This document shows, piece after piece, positions 47,651 to 60,151 of a stretch of 64,000 nucleotides of DNA. The translations under genes were made by a program, and so were the position numbers. The DNA is taken from the NCBI GenBank assembly GCA_964187785.1, contig OZ076410.1, positions 75,144,001 to 75,208,000 of the forward strand, in the 5' to 3' direction. Every line of letters begins with the position of its first letter. The first letter of the stretch is position 1. The notes beneath the pieces were generated by a model. The model did not search any database. It worked only from the letters and a program-made list of their open reading frames with translations, and was not told the origin of the DNA. Source of the stretch: Amphiscolops sp. MND2022 (Eukaryota).

Positions 47651-48249
47651 TCGAAAACTAAGAAAATTAGGGTCATTTTTGGGTCCTTGGGGTCAACCAA
47701 AAAGTTCAAAAATCTCTACAAATGCATATCGCACGGAGTCAAATTTATGTGAGTTGAATTCTATGGGTGACAGCCTTCTATTTGAATATAAATTATATTT
47801 GAATATAATATAACTTGGCAAATTTTGTAAAAAAGATAACCCGTTTGATTTAAATATTTTCCTTTCGCATATGCATTATGAGCCGAAAGTAATAATACAG
47901 TTTGTTAAGACGATCCACTCGGAATCCTAGCGTTGTTCAAAAAGTCACTATCCATAACTTTTACAGTTGAACGAGTACTTTTAAATATTGTCTAAAGAAG
48001 TACCATGCGTGGAAGGTAGCAACTAGAAACCGGCCTTGACAATATCTAGACAAAAACGTCTAGACGGTAGAAAGGCAAGAAGTTAACAAATTTTTCTGTG
48101 ACATTCTGCTGCTTCTGCACGGAATCATGTCCAATGTGCTTGTGTTTTAAAGTCACTACTCTAAGCTTGGGGGTCCATCCAGCTGTGATGCTCTTGAGAC
48201 TTCGTCATTGAAGCTCATTGAAACACTTGCTTCAAAAAAATGAGACTCA

Positions 48250-50300
48250 ACTTTCAGACTAGAGACGACAATCCTGGTTCTGCAATCCTACAGTAACTCA
48301 GTCTAAATCGTCCAAACGTATATTGCGGAAAGTGTAAAAGTGGTTGAAAAGACATGAATTTCATTAATACCTTGAGATATCAAACGATTGAGCAAATCCC
48401 AGTTAATTTCACAACTCGAAAAAGTTCGGAACTTTGAAGGCAGAAGTGTAAGGAACTTCCGTTTTCAAAATGAAAATGAAATCAACTCCATAATCCAACT
48501 CCAGACAACAAACAAGTTCAACATGCCTTTGAGCAATTGTTGCGTTTTTGGAACTTCTGACTCTAGAGAAGATTGTCTTTAGCAACTTCAGAATCGATTT
48601 TGAAAGCAAAGGTAGATAAAACCAACAGCAAACATTGTCTGGCGGCTTATGGCTTTCAGCTGCGAAGAAAGCACCTACAAGAGTGATATCAACATCCGCA
48701 ACATGACTCAAGAAACAATCAACTTTCATAATCCCTGAGGAGACAATCACAAAAGGAGACTCAACGGACATAGAAATTGTGAGAAAGTTTGACATTTTCA
48801 TTTGTACTATCAGAAACTTAAAACACTACCGGATAAGGTAAAGTGATAAGGATTGTGTTGATTGTTCTGCACCTGAAGAGGTTACTAGAGAACACGACGA
48901 TAATCAGTGGATTACGAATAAAGAAAAACGCATTGACAGAACTTTTCGAGAAAGAGATTGACAAAGCGTTGGCGAAACCTCTCGATGAATATAAACATCA
49001 TCGCAATAAAGTGAAACAGATGTAAAGCAAAAACAGTCAACTCTCAATGAGAGTTGGTTCGAATTCATCTGATAGAGATTTTAAGAGACTCTTACAAATT
49101 TTAAACATTTTAAATTCACTTAACAAACATATGCGAAATGCTTACCGATTAAATAGGAATAATCGCTACAAATGGCAAGACATTAACAGAACTAGAATTG
49201 ATTGCATCAGCTCAAGAAATCTTTTTTAAAAAACGGTTGTTTTGCATCCAACGGACGTTGAAGACGTTTCTGAAGTAATCAAGCAGAATAAAAAAGCAGT
49301 GGAATGGACAAAATTAGGAAATTTTGAAATGTTGCCCACCGACCACAGAACAATACTTAGCGAACGCCTCCAAAATTCTAGCTCTACGTCTCCCAGCTGT
49401 TTCAAAAGAGCTAAAGTTATACCAGTTTAAGGAAGGAAAGGGTGAGTGAAAAAATTGAAAACTATCGTGCTATTAGATTTTTGAGCTTTCAGTAAAAATT
49501 TCGAAAATACTCTTCATAAACAAAATATGAACGTGATGAAACCCGCTTTCTCTCCGCTGCGCAGTACGGATTTCATTCCAAACTATCATGCGCTGATGCT
49601 GTCACTAAAGTTACCGAATACATGAGATGAAATAGATCACCAATCAACCGCGCAGATCTGCTTTATTGATGAGAAACTTTGACATCCTAGATCACAAAAC
49701 TCCATTGAACAAAATACGGATTGTATGGTTCCAGAGGTGTCATGGCGGAAAACATCGGATCTTATTTGGATAACAACCGGCAGAGAGTCAGCATTGGTAA
49801 TCAAGCAACTATTGAAGAGCCAGAAGGAACAGGTCTTTCTCAAGGATCTGTACTAGGACCGTTTCCATTTTTCTACTTTTAAGAGCTGTAGAAACGTTTT
49901 GATCAAACGAAATTTGCAATAATGCTAATGACACGATATAAATCTAATGATGAAAAAAAAATTATTGAAGAAGACAACTCGGAAGGAAATTGACACTGTT
50001 CATAAAAAATTTTCAGGGCAATCTTCAAAAAATTCGACTCTTGACCTCTTCGAGTTGTACATTCTTGTTGAGGAATGGTTCATCCTATTCTTGTCCAGAA
50101 AAAACATTCTAACAACCAGCGATAAGCAACACAGAGTTTGAAAAAGCAGATAGCGCCAACTGGACGTGAACAAATCTCTGAACTGATGAAAACAGTTCAT
50201 ACAAGACGTTCAACTGGTTTGAAGAAAGTTAAGAAAATTGATACCTTAGTACGCAGAACGGATATCATCGATAACGAGGGTTCATTTTCATTGTATAGCT
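48250..50300 (+). pseudogene. Decayed LINE (APE-RT) relic
   Basis: PSCFKRAKVIPV..K..IENYR, QYGFHSKLSCADA, CFID..K.FD.LDH, GLSQGSVLGP, ANDT in order, with stops and frameshifts. Confidence 0.7.
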
Positions 50301-50329
50301 AACCTGTAAAAATATAAAAACCTGAATCT

Positions 50330-50690
50330 CTACGAATACCAGAAGTTCCCAAGCTGGTGCCAGTTGGTTCTCTTATGCGAAGACTTGAAGAGCTTGATAG
50401 CTCATTCTTAGTCCTTATTGAACTTGTTCTATAGTGCTGTGTTGCTTTTCGAGTGGTTTAATAAACTTCAGGATTGTACAAAAAATCTTTCTTCAGTTAT
50501 TGCATTTTTTCTCCTCCTATGATAAACTTGCCTGGCTAACAGATCGATATGGACATGTCCTACTATCAACAAATTCTCGAAAACTGTTTTGAAAAATATG
50601 AATGAGTCCATTAACTGAACAATGTAATGCCCCATAATTAGGATTAATTTTTCACCATCTGATGATTCAATTCTCTCTCGATCTGTCACT
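50330..50690 (-). pseudogene. Possible LINE AP-endonuclease fragment
   Basis: KLILIMGHYIVQL...FENLL resembles the IILMGDFNINLL motif; single motif only. Confidence 0.3.
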
Positions 50691-51819
50691 CAAAGTAGAG
50701 TCTGGTACCTGTCTAAAAATAATACTTTCAAGAATGCAGTTAAAATATTTACAATTTCGTAAATTATAGAGGTAGCAGATAGAGCATTTTACATATAAGG
50801 AACAAACTTCACCCAGATTAACAATCTCGTACCCCGATATGATCACCCAAATCTGACAAACCAGTCAATTCCTTTGTAAGTAGTAAACTTCGACCGCAGC
50901 CAGCCAATGTACATAATCCAGTGCTCCCGTCACATTCCATGCTACACGTATCCAGTCATGTTCATTCAGATATTCAGATATATAAAAATCTTACTAAAAT
51001 TGAGAATTTGGAAGAATTTATTCAAGTGAAATTTGATTTGAGTAGAGAAATACACGCTCTCTTAATATTTGGGAACTATGGACACTTACAGTGGCGATAC
51101 GTTTCGCGGATTTAACTACATCTTACTGTAGATTTACGAGTTCAATGAAAGTTTTATGAACCATGTTTTTTTTAAATATTCGTTAGGGTATTCCATTTAA
51201 TTGTATAGAATAATCATAGTTTAACGTTTAAAATCTGTTTCAATGTCAGCATAACCATAACTGAGCGACGTACTGATTGAAAAATGCCGTTTGAACTATG
51301 GCGTCCCTTTTAAACGATGAAACTTTCATAAAATTTCAAACAAGCTTGAATATTGTTCAATATATCAAGCACTTTTTTCTTTTTATTTTAACTATCCGAC
51401 CACTAAAAATTTTAACAGTTCAAGTTTTATCTGATTTTCTTCAATTTTTTTTCAGTATTTTTCTCCGTATATTCTTTATGTATTAGTATTGGTGATTTTT
51501 TTTATTGAATAGTTTCGAATTTTTGGGTTCACCACAGTTCTAATTGACTTTCCAGAGTTTAAACAATAGTCTAATTCTGAACGGGGTGAAAACAGTAGTT
51601 TTAACCGTTTAAAAACATTGAAACGGGAAGTCCTGGTTAAATCGTTCTATTTCAACATTTATACATCAATTAAACTTATAAGGATTGTTTGAATTTCAAT
51701 ATTTGAATGTACATCACTGCAGGTACTACACACGTCGTTTGCCTAACCATTGAAAACCAGTATGCGGCGCAGTGTCTAAACATTTGAGATATTCCTGGAC
51801 AGGCGAATCAACCCAAGTC

Positions 51820-54800
51820 TTAGAACCTCATCTCCATGTAGTTGTTCTTGTTCACATCCAAGCCATATTTGGAATAAAAGGGGATCAAATCCTCGGTGCA
51901 CTCCAGTGACAACTTGTATGCATGAAGGGATTTGGCAAGAGAAACAGCTAACTTGGTCAGACATTTTGCAAGACCTTCCAGAGTTGTTACTACACTTTGA
52001 TGCTCAATTGCAAAGAGACTCGTGCGTTTACAATCAAGCTTATGTAATAAACACTGTAAGTAAAACTCATCAAAGGTGTTCTATTTTTCATTTGAGAGAA
52101 TTTTTTATGAGAGCCAATCAATACAAAAACATAGTCGCGACGGCTTGTCGCGCTTGGGCTCGAGCAGAAACGTTCAATGGTCTGCAGAAGGTGTTACAAA
52201 TTCTTTGTGTTCCAGGGCCCACAACCTTGTGAACTTATACAGTCTCAGATAGGGATATTTTGATGAAAGAACTAGAAAGATGAAGGAATTTTTTTTGAGA
52301 AAAATGAGAAAATGTATTTTTGGCAGAAACCCGAAAGCGTCATACTTCATGGCGGAAACTTTGATAGTACAAAAAGTAGCCTACATCCTTGCCTCGCTTT
52401 GTGAGGGAGAATGGTTTTCGTATCTATTTTCAGTTCTGAGAAAAATCAGCTACAATCTGGAAAAAAATGGAAAAATTCAAGAAAAAATTTTTCATTCCTT
52501 CATTTGCTCAAAAAATCCAGACCGAAAGAATTTAGACATCTGTAGCCTACGTAAGCCTCATAAAATTAACGAAAGCATGAACCCCATATTTGGTCTCGGT
52601 CATGAGATGTGAGCTCAAGTAAAAAAACCAAATTTTTCGAAAAAATTCAAGTGTTTGACACCGTTTTTGAACTTTTATTTTCAACACTGGCGGAAAATAA
52701 GCCGCCAAAACAGTTGTAATTCCGTCGGGTGTTTTTACGGGGTAAAAATCGTAGAATTCCCATTTGGTGATCATTTTGCTGTGTAAACTTTGAAAGGAAA
52801 AAGTGTGAATTTCGAAAGTTAGAGATCTGAATCAAAGCTACAAAATTTTCAAAAATTGCAAACGGGGGAACCCTTTGAGCTTTGTTCAAAATCAAGTACT
52901 AAGTACTTTTGGTAAAAGTGCACAGTGCACAAAAGTGTTACATACAGTGTGAGCTCCTGGCACTTTTGCGTCAACTGATTGTGTAAATAAACAAGCCGGG
53001 AACGGCCCAAATCGGCGCCATATCTAGAGCTCAAAAATAGCAAAAGGACTTCAAAATGTCAAAGTATTGGTGAATTGGGGACCCTTTATGAAAAAAAAAT
53101 TGAAAAAAAGTCTCACAATGCCGAAAAAACTGGAAGGGGGACCCTTTGGGATTTTTCAACATCCATTCTGTCGGAAAATATCAAAACAGACGAAGGGGAA
53201 CCTTCGATGAATTTTTTGTTTGAAAAAGTATCACAGAGCCGAAAATCCTCTAAGGAAGTACCTTTTGGCCCCGTTGAGTTTCTTAGATGATGTAAAAATA
53301 CTACTTCGAAGCTAAGTAAGAATTGTAAGATTGTAAGAAAAATGGACAATTCAGAGTGAGATTGTCAGCTGAAAAAAAACTACCCACTGTAATAGTCGGG
53401 CTTTTTTCTTTAAGGGAAAAGCCGCCGACTAAAAATTGAGATTTAAAATTTTTTGATATCGAAATCGAGAGTCTTTAGGTTTTTGATAACCTAGTGTGTT
53501 TCCAGCCGGCACTTTTCCATTGAAAAGTGCCCGACTAATACAGTGGCTAGTTCTTTTTTAGTCGGCGCCTTTTCCCTTAAGGAAAAAAGCCCGACTATTA
53601 CAGTTTTTTTTCTTTTTCAGCCTACAATCTCACTCTGAATGGTCCACTTTTTACAATTTGTTCATCTGTTCTGTTGTTCATCTTCTTCGACTAAATTTCT
53701 GAAGCCGGAGAGCGGGGGTTCGATTCTCGCACTAAACCATAATATTTTTATGCTTCCAAAAGTACAGCAGGTGAGACCAAAGGGTCCCCCCTTTGGGTTT
53801 TTTTCGGCACTATGCGACTTTTTTTTTCGAAAATTTTCGGATTCTATCAAAGGGTAACCCCTTGCATTTTTTTGAAGTTTTTGGTTTGTAAAAACGTTTA
53901 ATGAGCCTGAATGGCCTCTTTTTGAGTTTTTCGGCATTGTGCGACTTTTTAAAAATATACTTTTTTTCGAAAAAAAAAATTTTCAATTTTTTTTTGAAAA
54001 AAATAATTTTTCCAAATGTTTCCAATAGTTGTTCTTTGAATATTTTTGAGCCTTAGATATGGCGCCGACTTGAGACGATCCCGTCTTGTTTGTTAGACCA
54101 CAGACACAGACCTCACACTGTATGTACCACTTTTTGTGCACTGTGCACTTTTACCGAAAGTACTTAGTACTTGATTTTAAACAAAGCCCAAAAGGTTCCC
54201 CATTTTTACAATTTTCGGCATTGTGAGATTTTTCTAAATGATTATTTTTCGTCTTAAATTTGGTTTTCTCAGTGGACCAGCACGCTATATCCGAATGTTT
54301 TTTAAGACTGTCGTTTTTTCGGCGATATGCGACTTTTTTCCAACTGGTTTTTATCGAAGCCCCCTCGGCTTTTACTAGAAACGAAATGTTTTGCGGGCAT
54401 AGAGAACTAGGGTTTTCGGCCCTATGCATCATTTCCCGAAAAAAAATCCGATTGTTTTTCGAAAAAAAATGTTTTTTTTTCTGTTTCCGATAGGGGAAAA
54501 AGTTGTTTCCGAGTCTTATCGAGCATGGAAGGCACTCATTGGGTGGTTAGGAACTGTTTTCTGCGTTTTCCATGAAAACGTCCTGGACATGTTTTAAAAA
54601 CTTTGCGCTTTTTGAGCCTAAGATATAGCGCCGACTTTAGACAGTCTTGTTCATTACAATGATGCTCATTGATGATGTTCATCACAAAGATGTAACAACC
54701 CTGACCTTTCCCTCTGTGACTAGAATGGACAACGACGTCTTCTATTCTACATCTAGCACCAGTGCAGTGGATAAACTTGCGCTCCTTGATGACAGAAATA

Positions 54801-56522
54801 CTTCCAATGATTTTCGACGCATCCACGTCTTCGATGACTGTGATGTAATAAGTATCTGCACAACTTCTCATGTGATCGAACTGCTCTTTGAACTGCTCCG
54901 GGGAAACATGACCGAGTATTAGGGATAGCAAATGCAAAACATGCACTTAATTGAATCATTGAGCATTCTCAGGGACAATTTTAACGGGTGTAGATGGATA
55001 TATGAATGTATATGTAAGTGAGCGTGTATAGTGTAAATCAATGAACGGTATGTTTTGTGTACGCTTAACTTTTGCGAAATTTATATAAAAGTTTTGAGCA
55101 ACTTTTCAGAATTTTGAGTTTCAGCATTCTGCAAAAAAGTAACAAAGATTTTATGTTGGACATTAATTTGACTCCCTCCTGAATTTCAGCTTGGTTATTC
55201 GAGCATCAACTAAAGTTTGCTTTCGGCTGAGCAGCTTGAAGACAGCACTACTTCAACAAAATGGGCTCAGCAATTCGACAAAAGACTTAAGACTTGCAGT
55301 GCCTCGTTGGAGAGTTTTGCAGAACTGAATTGGTATTAGCAATAATGATGCATGTTTTGATGTCCCTATTACCGTTGATTTTTAATAATTCAACCCTAAA
55401 CAACCAGAATTTTTTAAAGTAGTACTTTAAAGTACCCGAATTTAAAGTAGTACTTTAAAGTCACATACCTTTTTTTCAATTTCTAATCCGTTTTGCCAGT
55501 AGAGCATAATCTCTAGCACCGTTTTTTTTCAACAATTCTTTGGTACCTAGATTGGTTTGAATGGCACAAGAATTAGGAAAAAAGAACATGTCTCCAAAAC
55601 TGAGAAAAATGAGTTTTTTTGCACAAAAAATTATTTTTTTCTAAATTTGTTTTTGGCGAAATCCAGTTTTCTCAAAAAATCTTGTCCCATAGCAAAAACC
55701 AACCCCATACACTTGCACAAGTTCTTACGCAACAAATCCCAATAACATTCTGTTGTTACTACAAGCCCCCGCGCAGCTTGTACCGAAAAAGAAACTAAAA
55801 TTCTGAAGGAGGGGGCGCGCGGCGACAGGGGCTCACCTGACCAAAATGAAAGCCCAATACCAGACCTTTCAAACACGCTATAGTTCGTTTCTCTGGTATG
55901 CGTAGTTGTGGAGATATTGATAATTTAATTTTTTTATCCAATTTTTTGAAAAATTGCAAAAACGCCCGGGTCGTTTAGGTTTAACAACATTATGTCCCAA
56001 TGAAAGGGGAGTCTGTAGATTCACCATGTTTATACCTTGTTGCACGATGGTCCACCAGGCGATGTCAAGTTTAATTACGAAGGTGCTAATTCGAGGGGGG
56101 TCAACTATTTCCACCGTGACAAGTTACACGGGGCCCGGTATAAAGGGACATCAAAGTAAGGCTGCAAAATGAGTCTTACTTGCATCAAAATCCGTGTTAG
56201 ATAGTAACAAAAATATATACATCCAGCTGTTTACATCCAAAATATGTTTCGAATTCAAAAGTTCATGGAAAAATATTCTATAAATTGTGTGCAGCAATGC
56301 TATTTTGAAGTAACTGCAGCATTTAATGGAAAAATTCGGACATGCCTGTTCGGGAGTGACGTTGCCAACAGAGGTCAGTTGCGCCAGAAGGTCACAGTAA
56401 CCCTTGTCTAGATCTGTTGACCTCAAAGGTCGCACTACTAAATTGTCTGGCAGGTTATTCAAATCTGGCACTTCATTTCGCACAACGGCCAGCAGCTCTT
56501 CGTCATATATTGCACTGTACAT
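51820..56522 (-). CDS. GNPNAT1: Glucosamine-6-phosphate N-acetyltransferase; coding exons 56522-56346, 54892-54706, 51974-51820 (519 nt, 172 aa)
   Basis: Spliced product ...VRPLRSTDLDKGYCDLLAQLTSVGNVTPEQ|FKEQFDHMRSC..YYITVIED..ERKFIH..RIEDVVV..HRGK|GLAKCL..AYKLSLEC..FYSKYG..NYMEMRF* matches GNA1 throughout. Intron 1 is GC-AG; intron 2 is GT-AG with an AAG acceptor. 5' UTR acceptor at 56530. Confidence 0.9.
52989..53432 (-). mobile_element. Helentron/DINE-1-like element (GNPNAT1 intron 2)
   Basis: AAACAAGCCGGGAACGGCCCAAATCGGCGCC ... AGTCGGGCTTTTTTCTTTAAGGGAAAAGCCGCCGACTAA. Confidence 0.65.
53558..54091 (+). mobile_element. Helentron/DINE-1-like element of the same subfamily, inverted relative to 52989-53432; another copy ends at 54651
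   Basis: TTAGTCGGCGCCTTTTCCCTTAAGGAAAAAAGCCCGACTA ... GGCGCCGACTTGAGACGATCCCGTCTTGTTT. Confidence 0.65.
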
Positions 56523-56680
56523 GTGTGATCTGAAATAATGCATAGCTGTAAAACAAACCCATCGACAACGTGATTGGAAAAATGAAGACTTTTACAAAAA
56601 ATCTAAAATTCTAAAATTTACAAAATATCTAACGAACTCGCAATGTTGCAAAGAAGTGTCAGTTCTGCATGTCTGAGTCC

Positions 56681-57113
56681 TAGACATGAGAAAAAATCGA
56701 TTCGAGTATCGAATCGAATCGAAATTTTGAAAAATCGAATCGAATCGAAATTTTGTGGATCCAAATTCGATACAGAAAGCATTTTTAAAATAAAAAATAA
56801 GTGGTACCACCGAACTCGCGCAAAAAAGGTTTAAAGTTACATTTTATTTTCATTCAAAGAGTCTGGAGTGCCAGTGGGTACATAGTGTCACACAAAAGGG
56901 AAAATTTGTCATCCGACTTAGTGTTTCTTCATGAAAACATGCACTAATTTTATGATGGTGCTTTTTAAGTTTTGATTTTTTTTAGTTTTTTTGATGCTTT
57001 AGTTTTTGAAAATAAACTTTTGAATGGTTATTTGTTTTTTGAGCGGATCGAATCGAATCGAAACAACTCAAAAATCGAATCGAATTAAAAAATGGTGGAT
57101 CGTCTCATGTCTA
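56681..57113. mobile_element. hAT-type MITE with internal (ATCGA)n arrays
   Basis: 11-bp TIR TAGACATGAGA/TCTCATGTCTA; perfect 8-bp TSD CTGAGTCC (56673-56680, 57114-57121). Confidence 0.88.
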
Positions 57114-58148
57114 CTGAGTCCCAAAAATTGGTACCTCTTTCCCTCTAATTAACAATAAGTGGACCATTGGTACGAATACACACCAGTTAGTTTCTGTAAA
57201 CTTCTAAACGATCCAGCTGACCCTATGGTACAGAAAACTCTTGAATAAGATTTTCAGACGATATTACATAGCATCGAATTCCACCATTTTCACAGAATAT
57301 TGACATGCTGTCTCCAAAATCAAGAAAACGGGACCAAAGAATCAAAAAATTGAGCACAGATTTTCCGTTTTTCCAGTTTCCGTTTATGGCCACTTTATCC
57401 CACTGGTATCAAGATTAGGTCAAAGTGGCCCTAGCATGTTTTGAAACATGCTGAAATGCAGTCAGAAACACGAGGCGTGCAGAACTTCGGCGCGAAGTCC
57501 GGAGCCAGCGTGGCGAAGCCCCCAGACCAGCAGTTCGAAAATCAAATTGAAAGCACTGATTGTCTTCTTTCGAACGCGCTATAAATCGTTTGTCGGACTT
57601 GAATAGTTTAGGAGATATTGTGGTTTAAAGTTTAAACGCCATATTTTTAGATGGATCCGGAAATTGCCTGGTACAGTTAGGGTTAAGTCTCCGATTTTTG
57701 ATAGGAACCACAGAGAAAATTAGGCCATTTTCCACCCGAGGAAAAACAAAAGGCGCGTTGACACAATGATATTTCCATTTCTTGAGCGAAACGCTTGGAA
57801 AACACGGAAGATGACATGGTATGGGGCTCAAAACGATCGACTAGAGTAAACGAATGTCAGTGAAGCTACACCCACAATTGAGCTTCTGATATATTTTACA
57901 TGTCAAATTGGTTCCAACTAGTTTTCCGCTTTACTCAAATGTTTTATCTGATTGAAAACTTCCATTCGACACTGAAAATATAAAATATGGGCTCAAAAGA
58001 TCACGTAGCCAATCTTCGAAAAAAAATTGATGAATTGCTCATAAATTGATTTTTTTTTCAAGAAAAGACATTCTCCGTTTTTTATTATTCATCTTTACAT
58101 TCTTCTTTTTGACTCCAAAATGCTATTAGAAACACCCCAGGTAGATGG

Positions 58149-58587
58149 AAACAAGCCGGGAACGGCATAAGCCGGCGCCATACCTAAGGCTCGAAAATAG
58201 CACAGGGACTTCAAAGTGTCAAGTATTCTCTTCTACAGTACCCACCCAAAAATTGGACTGAACTGGCGCGCTGAAAGGGGGGACCTTTTCAGATTTTTCA
58301 ACATCCATTTTGTTGCAAAATATTGAAGGGAACTCTTTAGAGAAATAAATTTTTCGAAAAAAGGTCTCACAATGCCGAAAAAACCGAAACCCTTTAGTCT
58401 CGCCCGGTATTGTAAGTTACGCTGGAAAAAAGGAACAACTTTTATATTTCAGTTCCTTGGGCCAAATGGTCCAATTTGACACCTTAAAGCTTCGTAGAAC
58501 TTTGTAGAACTATTTTGGTCAATTCGTGTGGATTGAAAAGAAAACTAGTATAGAATCACTAGTATAGTCGCGTTTCACTTCATGAAG
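58149..58587 (-). mobile_element. Helentron/DINE-1-like element, one end truncated
   Basis: AAACAAGCCGGGAACGGC start; ends TAGTCGCGTTTCACTTCATGAAG without the final CGCCGACTAA. Confidence 0.6.
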
Positions 58588-59145
58588 AGGGGAACATGAA
58601 GAGGAACAACAATGTTATGAAACACTTCGTGCAATGTGATAGAAATGATTTCGAAACACTTGAAAAGAACATGTAAAATGAGCACTGCTTCATTTTGTTT
58701 TGTCATCCGATCCTTTCTCAAGCGACTCATCAGCCAATAAGCTTCACCCTGATGTGAACAGAATATATTCAGCAAATTCTATAAAGTCGCCAAGGCCCAT
58801 ATGCATGTTGAATAAGGAAGAAAATACATGTAGCTGAGGAAGAAAAGACTGGAAAAGTAGTGTAAAAAAGGGAAGCTGAGTTGAGATATAATTAAACTTG
58901 TAGAAGATAATTCACTAAATTGAGTAAAAGCGACTCACGTCAATTATCAACTAACATTTTTTGTGCTGCGTATAAAAATTTATAACAGAACTGTGGCGGT
59001 TTTCAGAAAGAAGCAAATAGTAATTGTTCATAAACTTAGCACCAGAAAAGGATTCAATCGTAAAAAGGTACTTAGGAAAAAGACGAAAAGCAAAATTTAA
59101 AGAAGGCATGATGATAAACATATCCAGAAGCAAGAACGGTATAAA

Positions 59146-60151
59146 TTAGGCAGTCTGGGCAATAACGAATGGAAACAAGTTGTTAGCGACTCTTGCGAGG
59201 TAAGGGTCTATTTCAACTTTCTCAAGCTTGCTACTGAATAAATCTCTCAGATAATTTTTTGCAGCCTTCTCATATTCATTACTAGCCTGTATATTGTATG
59301 ATGAAGGTACTGAAAAGGATAGAACGACCAAATTTTTGTCGGCTGAGGGATCAAACTCATCAGTGTATTTGCGTAACAGCTGTAACGATGGCCCCGGTAA
59401 CACTTCGAAGTTTTCGACCCAAATCAACTTTGGAAACTTTTTCATTAGACTATCCATCTGTTGCTGAAGTGTCAGTGACGTCATTGCAGGTCCAGCTTGG
59501 ATGACGTCATCTGGTTTGGGAGCTGTTGATTGGATGAGACAACTAACCAACCCTTGTTTGAATGTTTTGAAACTTTCTTGATAAGTTAGGACTTCTTCAG
59601 GGGGAAATCCAATAAAAGTTAGGACAACCAAATCACCCTTCATTTGGTCCGTCAAGGTGCTTCTAGCTTTACGTATGTAAAGACTTCTGCTTGATATGTT
59701 GAAAAGTTGCATCGCGTTTCCAACACAATTATCGTGACCGTGATTGGAAGAAGGAAAAGATGCCGAGAGAGTTGAATTAAAAAGAGCTAAGACAAGTGGT
59801 GTTACGAGTAAAGCTGCGATTAATGCAATGGTAAGTGCCATCAGATAATTCCACAGTGAAAATGAATTATTGGGGACTTCTTGTGAACTATTACTTCGCG
59901 CCGATTGTTTTTTCGAATGAGAGTCCCAAGCACCGTCCGAGACATCACGAGTAACATTGGCTTTAACTTCATCCGCTTTTTTCTCAGCGTCGTTTGAGCC
60001 GACCTTTCTTTGGGTTTTTGTTCCTGTGACGTTGTCAGTGAGCTGCGATGGTTGCATTTTAGCACCTTTTTCACCAGATGAGCCAGCATCAGAAAAGTTA
60101 CCAGAGCCAGACGTAAAAGAATCCAGACTTTCATCGTCTTTAGTGAACTTG
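59146..60151 (-). CDS. TOR1AIP: LAP1/LULL1 (torsin-1A-interacting protein)-like single-pass membrane protein; one large exon, start uncertain (ATG at 60057 or an upstream exon)
   Basis: Low-complexity N-terminus, TM (YLMALTIALIAALLVTPLVLALF), then IWVENFEVLPGPSLQLLRKYTDEFD...NLVVLS resembling LAP1 [24 protein letters not shown]...VALVLT, and PYLARVANNLFPF resembling GLWSRISHLVLPV (Arg finger). Acceptor TCTTTCAG ends at 60152; the track GTG start is unlikely. Confidence 0.7.

Noticed and set aside
51754-52232. Plus-strand EPHLHVVVLV (HUH-like) and ...TWSDILQDLPELLLHF...AWA...GPTT, suggesting a parvovirus NS1/Rep relic; also a minus-frame TGVHRGFDPLLF resembling LINE RT
   Set aside because: A third reading (minus strand 51974-51820) gives a clean GNPNAT1 C-terminal exon (AYKLSLEC..FYSKYG..NYM) in phase with exon 2, so the other resemblances are antisense or off-frame coincidences.
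54536-54946. Stand-alone 136-aa acetyltransferase ORF (and the 130-aa ORF at 56151-56543)
   Set aside because: Each is one GNPNAT1 exon plus read-through into intron or repeat sequence.
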